57,748 nt of DNA from a virus (IMGVR_UViG_3300042332_001032:1-57748); one strand, 5' to 3'. Shown: positions 19,340-29,446, counted from the stretch's first letter. The notes: generated by a model from the letters alone, not told the origin. Numbers and translations are program-made.

Positions 19340-19396
19340 AATTTAATTTTTTAGTTTGTTTAAGTTTTTAACTGCGTTTTTGTAATAAGAGAGGGC

Positions 19397-20425
19397 TTAA
19401 GATCTGAAAATTGCAGATTTGTCACCACGCGCCATTACGTTCAGGTATTCATTGACAGGTGAAGCGTCTTGCTCCGGTGCTGTAACGATACTCTCATTTG
19501 TTAATTGTTCATTTACTACCGGACGATCTGTTGACTCAACTATTCGTCTCGGTAAACTAGTCTCCTTTGCTGTTTCAACTCGTTCAGAGATCTCTCTCTC
19601 GTGCATATCAACAACATATTGGAAATTTTCCTGAATGTAATCAGGTGATTTTCCTCTAAGAAGTTTTGTTACATACTTTCTTGTAGGAGTAGGTAACTCT
19701 TTAGTTTTTTGCTCAAGTAGAAGGCTTGCCTCTACTTCATTTAATTTGTGATTGAGTTCGGTGTTAGTAGCGACAGCTTCGTTTAGTTCTTTTTTCAAAG
19801 AATCGATAATGTTCTTACCGTCTACGAGTGCTTCTTTTACTTCACCGTCGATGTAGGACTCGTCAATAGCGACGAGCTCACGGATTGCATCGAGGGTTTT
19901 CTTAGCTTGGATATTCTCCACGGCTTCGGAAATTTGGTCTTTCGGAACGATCTTTTCGAGGTAGAGATCGAGATAGCTAGAAACTTCATCAATCATACGA
20001 GTACGGAAACCTTCAGCCTCTTCATTAAGAGTAGTTTCGTATTTATTGATAACTTGTTTAAGTTTTTCTGTATGATCTTCATCGATCTTAGTAAGAACTT
20101 TTTCAAGCTTAGTTGTATGATCTGCGTCAATAGCTTCAACAAGTTTTTCAAGTTTTGCTGTATGATCTGCGTCAATAGCTTCAATGAGCTTTTCGAGCTT
20201 ATCGGAATGATCTTCGTCAACTTTTAAGAGAGCGGCTTCAACTTCGAGGTCAATTTTTTCTTGATGTTTTTCAGCTTGCTCAGTTAACTTTTCTTCAGTT
20301 AATTGCTCGGCTTTTTGAGTTGCTTTTTCTGTTACTGCTTGCTCAAAGGCATCGTATACAGCTGTTAGTGTATCCTCAGTGACGAGGTCTTTGAATTGTT
20401 CTTTAAGAATTTCTTTAAAGTTCAT
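19397..20425 (-). CDS. gp22: Prohead core scaffold protein
   Basis: Acidic coiled-coil, FEQAV and SYLD motifs, directly upstream of gp23. Confidence 0.85.
   Translation of the reverse strand: MNFKEILKEQFKDLVTEDTLTAVYDAFEQAVTEKATQKAEQLTEEKLTEQAEKHQEKIDLEVEAALLKVDEDHSDKLEKLIEAIDADHTAKLEKLVEAIDADHTTKLEKVLTKIDEDHTEKLKQVINKYETTLNEEAEGFRTRMIDEVSSYLDLYLEKIVPKDQISEAVENIQAKKTLDAIRELVAIDESYIDGEVKEALVDGKNIIDSLKKELNEAVATNTELNHKLNEVEASLLLEQKTKELPTPTRKYVTKLLRGKSPDYIQENFQYVVDMHEREISERVETAKETSLPRRIVESTDRPVVNEQLTNESIVTAPEQDASPVNEYLNVMARGDKSAIFRS
20063..20222 (-). repeat. Four 15-aa (45-bp) tandem repeats in the scaffold
   Basis: [VI]D[AE]DH..KL repeats; boundaries approximate. Confidence 0.8.
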
Positions 20426-20454
20426 AGTGTTATATTTATTTAATCAGGTTAGCT

Positions 20455-20601
20455 TTATTTTTTATTGCGCAGTGTATCGCGTACTTGGTTTTTAATTTTT
20501 TCAGCAACAATGACTTCTAAAGCTTTGTTAGCTGATGTATATTCCTTATCGATAAGACCACCGATAAATTCTTGAATTTTTAGTTTTTCTGTTTTTGTCA
20601 T
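20455..20601 (-). CDS. Small putative prohead core protein (48 aa, not in ORF track)
   Basis: MTKTEKLKIQEFIGGLIDKEY..A...L; lies between gp21 and gp22. Confidence 0.65.
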   Translation of the reverse strand: MTKTEKLKIQEFIGGLIDKEYTSANKALEVIVAEKIKNQVRDTLRNKK

Positions 20602-20602
20602 A

Positions 20603-21277
20603 TTAAATGGTTTTTAGAGTTTGAATAAATTTAAGAAGCGATTCTCTTAAAAAATTATCTTTGTCATGTTTAGGTAAAGTAGAGACAGTGTCATCTAGGT
20701 CCTTATACATATTACCTATACGCTCAAAAATTCTACCATCGTTACCAATTACCCATTCTCTATTCTCCATAACTGAATCAAGCATAGCATCTTTTACTGA
20801 AGGCTGATGGACGACATCAAGACAAATGAGATGAAAATTTGATACATGTTTTGTATCTGAGCTTTCTGCAATATTACCTAACCCGCGAGTTGATATACCC
20901 ATCTGTACACTGTCCTTAATGAGTGATTGTAGAAGCTTACCCATAGGTGTGTTAAGCACTTGAGATTTACCAACGAAGTAATTTCCCTGTTGTTTTAACT
21001 CAGTAATTAAATGACAAGCATTAACTGGGTTTACTTCAATAGATTGAGGATGATTCATTTCCCCGATTGCTCGTCTTGTACGAATCATATCAGATGTATA
21101 TCTATTAACCTCTTTAACCATTTCATCGAGTTTATATATACGACCGTTTTGATTTTTTTTCTCAGCCATCATAAACGGACCAGTAATAAAAATTTTCTGA
21201 TCTTCGTTAGAATTTTTTTCAACAATGAGGGTGTCAAGACCTTCATGACACTCCTCAACTAAAAATTTCATACCCAT
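20603..21277 (-). CDS. gp21: Prohead protease
   Basis: N.NGRIY, GEMNHP, TPMG, GISTRGLG, D.V..PS. Confidence 0.95.
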   Translation of the reverse strand: MGMKFLVEECHEGLDTLIVEKNSNEDQKIFITGPFMMAEKKNQNGRIYKLDEMVKEVNRYTSDMIRTRRAIGEMNHPQSIEVNPVNACHLITELKQQGNYFVGKSQVLNTPMGKLLQSLIKDSVQMGISTRGLGNIAESSDTKHVSNFHLICLDVVHQPSVKDAMLDSVMENREWVIGNDGRIFERIGNMYKDLDDTVSTLPKHDKDNFLRESLLKFIQTLKTI

Positions 21278-21351
21278 AAGTGAAATTATTTATTCTACTC
21301 AGCGTATTTTCCTCGGGGTTACCTCAAAATTCCTACATAATATCCATAAAT

Positions 21352-22299
21352 ATGCTTATGTTCACGTTTTTACTCGGGTTAGCTGCTTTACTTGTTGCAG
21401 GTTGTGCAGCGTATTTTTCAGTTCTCGGTATTGCTACTCTCTTTATAGGTAGTTACTACCAGGTAATGGTTATGGCTGGATCCTTAGAGTTCGGTAAACT
21501 AGTAGCTACTTCATATCTTTACCGTTACTGGAATAAAACAACATTTGTATTAAAAATGTATCTTATTATAGCGGTATTAACTTTAATGGGTATTACTTCT
21601 CTCGGTATTTTTGGATATCTTTCAGCAGCATATCAAGTAAACTCCAATAAAAACGAACAAATAGAACAACAGATTGTAATAATAGAGCAACAAAAACAAA
21701 ACTTTAAAAACGAAATAGACCAAGTACAAACTCGTATTGAAACTCTTAATAAGTCTCGAATAGAACAAGAGAAGCGTTTGCCTAATTTATCAAGTAAATC
21801 TGCAAAACCGATTTACGAAGATATACAAAGAGCAGGAGATGAGATAAAAAACCTTAATGTTCGTACCCAGCAATTAAACAACTCTTTAATTGAAAAGGAT
21901 AATGAAGTTATAGCACTTAAAACAGAAGCTGGTAAAGCAAAAGATATCGGTACATTTAAATTTATAGCTCAATCCTTTAATATGTCTCTAGATACTATTG
22001 TCAAGATTTTTATATTAATAATAGTATTAGTCTTTGATCCTTTAGCCGTATCTCTTGTACTTGCATTTAACGTTGCAACAAAAGGTAAGATCGTAAAAGA
22101 GCCTAATATAACACCTAAACCTCAATTAATTGAAGAACTAAAAGAAATTGAACAGTCTGTAGCAACAGTAGAGTCAGTAGCAGCAGAACCAGTAGCAACA
22201 GAACCAGTAGTTCCTATTGAAACAACCTCAACTATAGATCAAGACATTGTTGAAAACTTAAAAAAAGAAGTAAAGACTTTTTTAGGTAAAGCTCGCTAA
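21352..22299 (+). CDS. Membrane protein with coiled-coil
   Basis: AYFSV.G...LE.GKLV, ITS.GIFGYLS, VFDPLA; start after ATAAATA. Confidence 0.8.
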   Translation: MLMFTFLLGLAALLVAGCAAYFSVLGIATLFIGSYYQVMVMAGSLEFGKLVATSYLYRYWNKTTFVLKMYLIIAVLTLMGITSLGIFGYLSAAYQVNSNKNEQIEQQIVIIEQQKQNFKNEIDQVQTRIETLNKSRIEQEKRLPNLSSKSAKPIYEDIQRAGDEIKNLNVRTQQLNNSLIEKDNEVIALKTEAGKAKDIGTFKFIAQSFNMSLDTIVKIFILIIVLVFDPLAVSLVLAFNVATKGKIVKEPNITPKPQLIEELKEIEQSVATVESVAAEPVATEPVVPIETTSTIDQDIVENLKKEVKTFLGKAR

Positions 22300-22347
22300 A
22301 ACTTGCCCTACAAGTGCTTCAAAACATAAACCTTCATTTGTATTTAT

Positions 22348-22400
22348 ATAAATAAGGACTGAGTGAAAACCGAAGGATCTTTAGTCGTTCGGTAGTTCAC
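22348..22400 (+). mobile_element. 53-bp minimal element: left-end leader fused to right end through a single hairpin
   Basis: TTAT|ATAAATAAGGACTGAGTGAAAA-CCGAAGGATCTTTAGTCGTTCGG-TAGTTCAC. Confidence 0.88.
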
Positions 22401-22436
22401 AACCTTCATCCTTTTTCTTGAGACTGTAAGGCATAA

Positions 22437-22796
22437 TTAGAGTGTTATTTTTTGAGCACTATTTAAAACTGATTGTGGAAATTTTTCAGCCACAAAAGCT
22501 ACTCTTATACCATTGTTTTTACCTTGCAAGGCCCAACCGTAAAGAGAGTTAGCAACAGCTGTACTAAGCTTATCAACACCTTCAAATACGTAAACACCTG
22601 GGTCAGTTGGAGGTCTTAATAATTCCCACAGTTGCATTTTAGTAACATCATAAAATCTTTTTACAGGTAACCCTGCTTTTAAGAAATCTACAGACGCACA
22701 TAGCGATACTTTACCTTCAATCAGTAGTACGTTATTCTGTAAACGCTCTTCACAGAGTTCTTGTGTTTTCTTTATAATGTTTTTAAGGTCATTCAT
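22437..22796 (-). CDS. Hypothetical protein
   Basis: 119-aa ORF, TAAATA upstream. Confidence 0.65.
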   Translation of the reverse strand: MNDLKNIIKKTQELCEERLQNNVLLIEGKVSLCASVDFLKAGLPVKRFYDVTKMQLWELLRPPTDPGVYVFEGVDKLSTAVANSLYGWALQGKNNGIRVAFVAEKFPQSVLNSAQKITL

Positions 22797-22809
22797 ATTT
22801 GTATTTATG

Positions 22810-23265
22810 TTATTTAGCTAACCCCAGGTGTTTTTCTGTTAGAATTATAAACATTGAACCTTTTTTAGTAGCAAATTGCTGTGCTGCATCCCATTTAGCT
22901 CTATTCTTAACATATTCAGCTTGTCTTCTCAGTGATGATTTTATGTTACGAGTAGGTTTTGGTGGTATAGTTTGTACAGCAGGTTTAATTTCAACAAGAA
23001 ATTTTTTAAGGTTACCCTCTTTATCTCTCATTGTTATATTAAAGTCTACGAAGTATCTACTGATACGACCAGTTAAAGGGTTTTCGTAAGGGATTACAAC
23101 AGATTCAGATCCCCAAGAAATAATATTAGGATTGCTATCAAGGATTCTAGCCACAGATAATTCCCAGGATGATCTTAATAAGATCGGAAACGTACCCTTA
23201 TATTTTTCCGGAAATCGTGGTTGGAACACACTTTGTCTATACTTCTGAGTTCTTTTCTTGTTCAT
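22810..23265 (-). CDS. gp4: Head completion nuclease
   Basis: P..PEKYKG, RSSWE, WGSE, YFVDF, VEIKP, N.AKW.AA, F.ILTE. Confidence 0.95.
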   Translation of the reverse strand: MNKKRTQKYRQSVFQPRFPEKYKGTFPILLRSSWELSVARILDSNPNIISWGSESVVIPYENPLTGRISRYFVDFNITMRDKEGNLKKFLVEIKPAVQTIPPKPTRNIKSSLRRQAEYVKNRAKWDAAQQFATKKGSMFIILTEKHLGLAK

Positions 23266-23684
23266 ATAAAATAAAAATTCAATCTAATCGAATGATGACA
23301 TTCTAAATGAATCTAAAGCAAAATTAACTTTAGAATTCTTAGATTTGAATTTTCTAAAAACTGTTTCTTTCGGAACAGAAACTCTATATTTCACTTTAAA
23401 GTTTTTTAACCAAGAATGTAACTCTTTCCAATCTTTGACTTCTGGTACTTCGGTTTGCTTCCATAGCTCCTCTAAGTACGTTTTCGAAGGCAATTCTGGA
23501 TAGAATTGTTTATTTTTGGTTATTATCAACCTAAAACCTCTTTGTGCTATTTCGGCACTAGAAGCTAAAGGATCTGGTGAATCTTTATGTAGAATATTTC
23601 CTATCGTAGAAGAATAAAATTGTTGATTTTTCATATAAGTTATTTATACGAATTTGTATTCAAATTAACATTCAGAAAATAATA
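23266..23684 (-). mobile_element. 419-bp duplicated cassette, copy 2
   Basis: Near-identical to 694..1112; ends immediately before the gp4 ATG. Confidence 0.75.
23284..23634 (-). CDS. Hypothetical protein of the duplicated cassette
   Basis: 116 aa, TATAAATA upstream. Confidence 0.8.
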   Translation of the reverse strand: MKNQQFYSSTIGNILHKDSPDPLASSAEIAQRGFRLIITKNKQFYPELPSKTYLEELWKQTEVPEVKDWKELHSWLKNFKVKYRVSVPKETVFRKFKSKNSKVNFALDSFRMSSFD

Positions 23685-23689
23685 ACCTC

Positions 23690-24601
23690 TTATACAGGTG
23701 TTGTTGTAGGTGTCGGTGTTGGCGTAGGAGTCTCTGTCGGAGTCGGCGTCTCTGTCGGAGTCGGCGTCTCTGTAGGAGTCTGAGTTGGCGTCTCTGTAGG
23801 AGTCTGAGTTGGCGTCTCTGTCGGTGTCGGAGTTGGCGTCTCTGTAGGTGTCGGTGTTGGCGTCTCTGTCGGTGTCGGAGTTGGCGTCTCTGTAGGTGTC
23901 GGTGTTGGCGTAGGAGTCTCTGTAGGAGTCTCTGTCAGTGTCGGAGTTGGCGTCTCTGTAGGAGTTACTGTAGGAGTTGGTGTAATGGAAGGAGTTGATG
24001 TGAGTGTCGGTGACTGAGAAGGATATGCAGAAATTGGAGGTAATTTAAATATATCTCTACTGTACCCTAATATTAAAGAACCTGTATTAAAATAAAATAA
24101 TGTATATCCTTTATTATCTGATGCTGATAACGAAATACTTCCCCCCACATACACGCTATCACTAGAGGTAACGACTATATTATTGCTTACAGGGGAAACT
24201 GATATCATACACTGAGAAATATCAGTCGGTACAAAGGTATTAGTTACAGATACTACAGCAAAAGAGTCAAATTGTATGTCGAAGAAATTAACAGATGTAT
24301 CTACTATTACATAATCCCTATAACGTAACGCGCGTACAGTCTCATTATCTGTATTAACATATATATACGAAGGATCGTCTTGAGGTACACGCATATCTAC
24401 CCTGAAATAGATATCAGAATAACTAAAAATCTCTGCAGCTATATTTTTACCGTAATCAGATAATAACCTCCAGTCTCCCTCTGGTATTGTTGTATCAAAA
24501 CCACTATCTGATCTCTGTAAATCTACAGATAGAGCAGAAACAAAGGTTGAATATTTTGCTAAAAACTGCTTTACGCGTGTGTTTTTTTCTGTAGCTCCCA
24601 T
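23690..24601 (-). CDS. Virion-associated protein with Pro/Thr-rich C-terminus
   Basis: 303 aa ending in ~100 aa of TP(T/E) repeats. Confidence 0.8.
   Translation of the reverse strand: MGATEKNTRVKQFLAKYSTFVSALSVDLQRSDSGFDTTIPEGDWRLLSDYGKNIAAEIFSYSDIYFRVDMRVPQDDPSYIYVNTDNETVRALRYRDYVIVDTSVNFFDIQFDSFAVVSVTNTFVPTDISQCMISVSPVSNNIVVTSSDSVYVGGSISLSASDNKGYTLFYFNTGSLILGYSRDIFKLPPISAYPSQSPTLTSTPSITPTPTVTPTETPTPTLTETPTETPTPTPTPTETPTPTPTETPTPTPTETPTPTPTETPTQTPTETPTQTPTETPTPTETPTPTETPTPTPTPTTTPV
23693..24012 (-). repeat. Pro-Thr coding tandem repeat (TPTETP)
   Basis: Degenerate 18/24-bp units such as GGCGTCTCTGTAGGAGT. Confidence 0.9.
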
Positions 24602-24615
24602 ATAGGTATTACTTA

Positions 24616-24750
24616 TTAGAAAAACTTACTCAATACCGCATCTTTCACCTTAACGTCATCCATAAGATCGGCGTAACTTAATAATTCAGTGTATCTTTGA
24701 TATGTCTCCGTATTTACGTAATTAGGATCGTTAGGTTGTATGATTTGCAT
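24616..24750 (-). CDS. Small hypothetical protein (44 aa, not in ORF track)
   Basis: [11 protein letters not shown]...; ATAAATA upstream. Confidence 0.45.
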   Translation of the reverse strand: MQIIQPNDPNYVNTETYQRYTELLSYADLMDDVKVKDAVLSKFF

Positions 24751-24805
24751 AATTGATACAGATATTTATGCAAACTGAAAGTGTTTTAAGAAGATGATTA
24801 GTGAA

Positions 24806-26029
24806 TTAACAAAAAGCGTTTAAAATATTTTGAGCAAACAAGAAAGCAGGAATAGTCAACACAGCTAAAGCTCCTAAAAAGAACATAGGCGGATTATTGT
24901 CCGCGTAGCTGCTCATTAGTTCTTTTTCTAACTCATCTTTTTCTTTTATACCTTGCTGCATAAAATCATCAGCATTTACAACCCCGTTACCGAATAACGC
25001 TGTACCTTTAATTTTACTGCGCACGTTAGCAACAGAAATTTTTGTAAGAGCTAAGGTGTATTTATGTACCCATAGCTCTCTAATTATATCTTTTACAGGT
25101 CTTTCGATATAACAACCCACTATACCATAGTAGCTTTGTTCTGGTATAGGTTCTGGTATAATTCTAAGAGTCTGTGATCTATTATCGAACCTAAAGTGAG
25201 GAGTCATAGCTAGAACTTTCGTTCTAGTATCAATAAACCCTTTTAACACTTCCCATGTTGTTAAATCAAAACCGAAGTTACCTAGCATATAACTTGAGTA
25301 GATTTGCTGTGACATAGCTTGCTCTAGAGTAAACAACGTATTAATACCTGTAGTTTCACCGTAATTAAACGAGAAGCAATCTACAACTTTTCTATAACTT
25401 GCTAAATCGACATCCCATCTCGGAAGATTGGTCATAGCAGAGCTTACACTACTAACTTGAGTAGTTGTAACACTACTTACCTGAGTAACCGTATTAACTA
25501 GAGTTTGATATTCATATGTTATTATAGCGGAAACAGGTATACCGAAACTGTCAGTTGATAATGCAACTTGAAATGTATCATCAGGGTCAAGGTTTAGTAT
25601 ACCAGTGATAAGAGTAGGATCTGCGATCATTCCAATAGGTACATATACAGATGTTAATGCGTAGCCGGGTATTTGAGATGTAACTGGAGTTACTACAGTA
25701 GTTGATACTGTAGTAAAAACCGTAGATGACGCCATTTCAAACGATGTATACATCTCTGGGGTAGTATTCACCATTGTATCTACCTTTATACCTGCTCCGC
25801 GAGTATATATCTTAGAATCAAACACCAAATATTCTTCAGTATACCCTGCCCATTTTGTAAAGTATTCTATAGCATTAGTTATGTTACTATAGAGCTGTTG
25901 ATCTGAAATTTCTATATTTACGAGCGGGTAACCGAGTTGATACTTCACTCTTTCAGCTAGCGTATCATACGACGTAACCTGTGGGTTAAGAGACGTACCA
26001 CCAATATAATTTGCAGGAAAAACAGACAT
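24806..26029 (-). CDS. gp13: Neck protein gp13-like
   Basis: LGYPLVNIEI..QL, WV.KY.LAL.K, K..G..L.G...N, E...LE.EL....PPMFF.G. Confidence 0.88.
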   Translation of the reverse strand: MSVFPANYIGGTSLNPQVTSYDTLAERVKYQLGYPLVNIEISDQQLYSNITNAIEYFTKWAGYTEEYLVFDSKIYTRGAGIKVDTMVNTTPEMYTSFEMASSTVFTTVSTTVVTPVTSQIPGYALTSVYVPIGMIADPTLITGILNLDPDDTFQVALSTDSFGIPVSAIITYEYQTLVNTVTQVSSVTTTQVSSVSSAMTNLPRWDVDLASYRKVVDCFSFNYGETTGINTLFTLEQAMSQQIYSSYMLGNFGFDLTTWEVLKGFIDTRTKVLAMTPHFRFDNRSQTLRIIPEPIPEQSYYGIVGCYIERPVKDIIRELWVHKYTLALTKISVANVRSKIKGTALFGNGVVNADDFMQQGIKEKDELEKELMSSYADNNPPMFFLGALAVLTIPAFLFAQNILNAFC

Positions 26030-26058
26030 GATATACGTATTTAGTCCGTCATACTCAT

Positions 26059-27948
26059 TTACTGCTGAGCAGGTGGAGGTGTTCCTTGAGCTGCTCCAGC
26101 CTCGGGAGGTGCTCCAGCTCCTGGTGCGCCTTGCTCTCCTCCAGGAGCCTCAGCTTCTCCTCCACCGAATTCAGGTATTTCTCCTGCTCCAGGGGCTTCT
26201 CCACCAGAAGAGCTAGAAGGTGAAGGTTGATTAGAGCCACCACCAAATCCTTCCGTACCACCTCCGCCTTCTCCTCCCATTTGCGCAGACGCAAGCTCTC
26301 TAAAATTCGGACCAGAGCCTTCAATTTGCTGTAACTCCCACTTAAGAGCAGCATCTTTTTTCTGCCACTCTCTATTTTCTTTCATTAACTCATCCGAGAG
26401 ACCGAGGTAATATTTTTGTGCATAAGACGGTGCAATTGTGTTACTATTTACAGCATTTGTGTAATTATTAAATTTAATTTCAAATAGTTCCTGTTCCCTT
26501 AACGCCATGAACGACGTAGGAATATTCAGTTCAACTATTAAATGCCTCTCTCTTATTTTATATTGCTTATAAAGACCTTTTAATTTAAGATGAGTAATAA
26601 ACGAATCCTTTATACCTGCTGCAAATTGTCGCTGTATACGTATTATAAAACGAGCAAACCTTAGTTCTTCTCTTGTAATCTCTTTACCGTCTTTAAATGG
26701 CGTATCTGCAGCCATGAATCTACCTAACGGTACTTTAAGTGATGTGTATAATTTTTTAAGAAAATAGTCTAACTCTTTTATTTCCCCTAAATTACCCCCA
26801 GAGGGTAGAGTCTCGACGTCGTTACCGTTACCTTGGGCGTCTTTTGTGAACCAGTATGCATCTAGCATAGACTGCGGATCATAGACATTTGTCACTCTAC
26901 CACCTGAACCTTGATTAGTATCAAAATTCTTTTTTGTCCAGTACGCTTGCATTAAGCGTTTTAAATACGCTTCAGCTTTAGGAGCAGGCATGTTACCTGT
27001 ATATACTTTAAATTTTAAACGCTCTGGTGCACGAACGAGTCTATATATAACAACAGAATCTTCGATGAGTGATATCAACCTGTACGCTCTTTTTGCATTT
27101 TCAATATACGGTAAACGTATTGTTTTAAACTCATTCCAAATACCAGAGTGAATATAGGTTACTTGAGTTTGTTGTAAGAAAAATACCTCTTCTTGATCTT
27201 TTTTATTTATAGTGGTAGAAGGCTCTTGTACTAACTTTCTTAATAAGAATCCCTTTACGCTTTCATTTTGAACGTTATTATAAACAGGGTTTATAATCTC
27301 TGTAGGCACGCTAACTATACCTATAATACCATACTCAGGATGATCAGTTTCAATAACATTCTCAAAAAACAATTCTCCATCTATTAAAAATTGACGAAAA
27401 TATTCCCATCCTTTATTTTCAAGATCAAAGATGCTAATAAACTTTTTAAATTCTTTTTCTATTGTATTTTTTACTTCTTTGGGAAATTCACCACGGAGCT
27501 GGAATGTAGCAATTTCATCGTTTTCGTCTTTTACTAAACATTCATCTGCGATTTCGTCAATACAGTCTGCAAGCTCTGCATAAGCAGCCATTCTACGATA
27601 ATCTTGTAATCTTCTACTTTTGTCTTTATCAATGCTTGCGTATACAAAACTCTGATAGTCCTTGTTTATTAAAATATTACCCGGTGCACCTGCTGTAGAA
27701 TCTTGCGGAGATTGCTCGTATTGTAGAAATATAGATTCATCTTGAACATGTTGCTCTCTTCTCGATGTTACTTGACGGAACACATCGTATTTCGGGTTTT
27801 TCTGTACTATACTATCAATTATTTGGTACGCGTAAGGTAGCTTAGAAACAAAACTACCAAGTAAACTGGTCGTAGGTGCTACCTGACTGCCAGATGAACT
27901 ACCAGTACCAGGTACTGCATTTGCATTTGTATATGGTCTATAAATCAC
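26059..27948 (-). CDS. gp20: Portal protein
   Basis: YR.MA, IEDSVVIYRLVRAPER, GNMP..KAE.Y, TLPSG.NLGE, ITREELRF. Confidence 0.97.
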   Translation of the reverse strand: MIYRPYTNANAVPGTGSSSGSQVAPTTSLLGSFVSKLPYAYQIIDSIVQKNPKYDVFRQVTSRREQHVQDESIFLQYEQSPQDSTAGAPGNILINKDYQSFVYASIDKDKSRRLQDYRRMAAYAELADCIDEIADECLVKDENDEIATFQLRGEFPKEVKNTIEKEFKKFISIFDLENKGWEYFRQFLIDGELFFENVIETDHPEYGIIGIVSVPTEIINPVYNNVQNESVKGFLLRKLVQEPSTTINKKDQEEVFFLQQTQVTYIHSGIWNEFKTIRLPYIENAKRAYRLISLIEDSVVIYRLVRAPERLKFKVYTGNMPAPKAEAYLKRLMQAYWTKKNFDTNQGSGGRVTNVYDPQSMLDAYWFTKDAQGNGNDVETLPSGGNLGEIKELDYFLKKLYTSLKVPLGRFMAADTPFKDGKEITREELRFARFIIRIQRQFAAGIKDSFITHLKLKGLYKQYKIRERHLIVELNIPTSFMALREQELFEIKFNNYTNAVNSNTIAPSYAQKYYLGLSDELMKENREWQKKDAALKWELQQIEGSGPNFRELASAQMGGEGGGGTEGFGGGSNQPSPSSSSGGEAPGAGEIPEFGGGEAEAPGGEQGAPGAGAPPEAGAAQGTPPPAQQ

Positions 27949-27988
27949 TATTTTTATTTATTACCACTATCTTGATATTTCAATTTAT

Positions 27989-29388
27989 ATAAATAAGGAC
28001 TGAGTGAAAACCCATAAGTCTTTAGCCTATGGGATGAAACTCAGCCAAAATATTTTTAAATTATTTTTCATTTTTACTCTAAAAAGTAAACCGTCTGAGA
28101 TAAGTATAATAGATGATTGGAAAAGGACAAGAACTAAAAGAGAACGAAATGCACAAGGCATTTAAGTTCCGTTTGCTTCCTACAAAGGAGCAAGAAGTTC
28201 TTCTGGCCAAGCACTTTGGTTGCGTAAGGTTCATTTATAATCATTTCCTCAGTGAAAAACAAAAGCACTTTTTAGAAAATAAAACCACACCGAACTTCAA
28301 TCAATGTGCAGGAAATTTGGTAGCAAAGAAAAAAGAAGAAGGTTATGAATGGTTAAAGGAAGTTAATTCTCAAGTTCTTATATCAACTTTAATGAACTTG
28401 GAGACAGCTTATGGTAACTTTTTTAGAAAAAAATCAAAGTTCCCTAAATTCAAATCCAAAAAGAATAAAAACTCTTTTCAAATACCTCAACATGTTTCTT
28501 TGAAAGAGAAGAACGTGGTTCAAATTCCAAAGTTCAAAGAAGGTTTGAAATTCATTAAGCACAGAGAACTCAAAGGAACAATTAAATCGGCTACTATCTC
28601 CAAGAATCCTACAGGTAAATACTACATTTCATTTCTTTGTGTTGTAGAAAAACCAACTAAGCACAAAAAGACAGGGAAAAGTATTGGAATTGATTTAGGG
28701 TTAAAGGATTTTATCATTACTTCTGAAGGACAAAGATATTGTAATCCAAAGTTTTTAAAGAAGTACGAGGTTAAGTTAGCAAGAAAACAAAGAATTTTAA
28801 GCAGAAAAGAAAAAGGATCAAAAGGAAGAGACAAAGCTCGTTTGAGCGTCGCTAATGTACATGAGAAGATAACCAATTCTCGTAACGATATGCAACATAA
28901 AGTTTCCTCCAAGTTAGTAAGAGACTATGATCTGATTGCAATAGAAAACCTGAACGTGAAAGGAATGGTTAAGAACCATAAACTATCTAAGGCAATATCA
29001 GACGTAGCATGGTCAAGCTTTGTGACCAAATTAAAGTACAAAGCACAATGGAACGGAAAAGAAGTGATTGTAATAGATCGCTTTTATCCTTCCAGTAAAA
29101 CATGTAGTTGCTGTGATCATATCAAAGAAAGCCTTTCATTAGATGAAAGAACCTGGACTTGTTCTAAATGCAACACAATACATGATAGAGATGTTAATGC
29201 TTCAAAGAATATTTTGCGTAGAGCATTAGCAATTCAATCGGCAGGAACTGTCGATAACAGGAATGGAGCTAAGGTAAGACCAGAAGTTGTTTCTAAAGCA
29301 ACTAAAGGCACTGGCGATGAAGTTCTTAAAAAGAAGGGTAGAAAATATGCCCTGAAGCCGAACGATCTTTAGTCGTTCGGTAGTTCAC
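27989..29388 (+). mobile_element. IS200/IS605-family (IS1341-type, tnpB-only) element 2
   Basis: TTAT target, left hairpin with AAAA guide, tnpB, right hairpin and TCAC end. Confidence 0.92.
28113..29372 (+). CDS. tnpB: RNA-guided endonuclease TnpB
   Basis: RuvC GIDLG / IENL / DRDVNA and zinc ribbon intact; close paralog of 8762..10024. Confidence 0.97.
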   Translation: MIGKGQELKENEMHKAFKFRLLPTKEQEVLLAKHFGCVRFIYNHFLSEKQKHFLENKTTPNFNQCAGNLVAKKKEEGYEWLKEVNSQVLISTLMNLETAYGNFFRKKSKFPKFKSKKNKNSFQIPQHVSLKEKNVVQIPKFKEGLKFIKHRELKGTIKSATISKNPTGKYYISFLCVVEKPTKHKKTGKSIGIDLGLKDFIITSEGQRYCNPKFLKKYEVKLARKQRILSRKEKGSKGRDKARLSVANVHEKITNSRNDMQHKVSSKLVRDYDLIAIENLNVKGMVKNHKLSKAISDVAWSSFVTKLKYKAQWNGKEVIVIDRFYPSSKTCSCCDHIKESLSLDERTWTCSKCNTIHDRDVNASKNILRRALAIQSAGTVDNRNGAKVRPEVVSKATKGTGDEVLKKKGRKYALKPNDL

Positions 29389-29408
29389 TGTTGTTTTGCT
29401 AGGTTCTT
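29236..29408 (+). ncRNA. Predicted omegaRNA of element 2 (guide TGTTGTTTTGCTAGGTTCTT)
   Basis: Conserved scaffold; boundaries approximate. Confidence 0.75.
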
Positions 29409-29446
29409 TAAACGTTTCGATGTATAAGCGCTTAAATATCTTTATT

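Noticed and set aside
17897-27948. Alternative genetic code
   Set aside because: Core genes are full length in the standard code, all three stops are used, and no suppressor tRNA was seen
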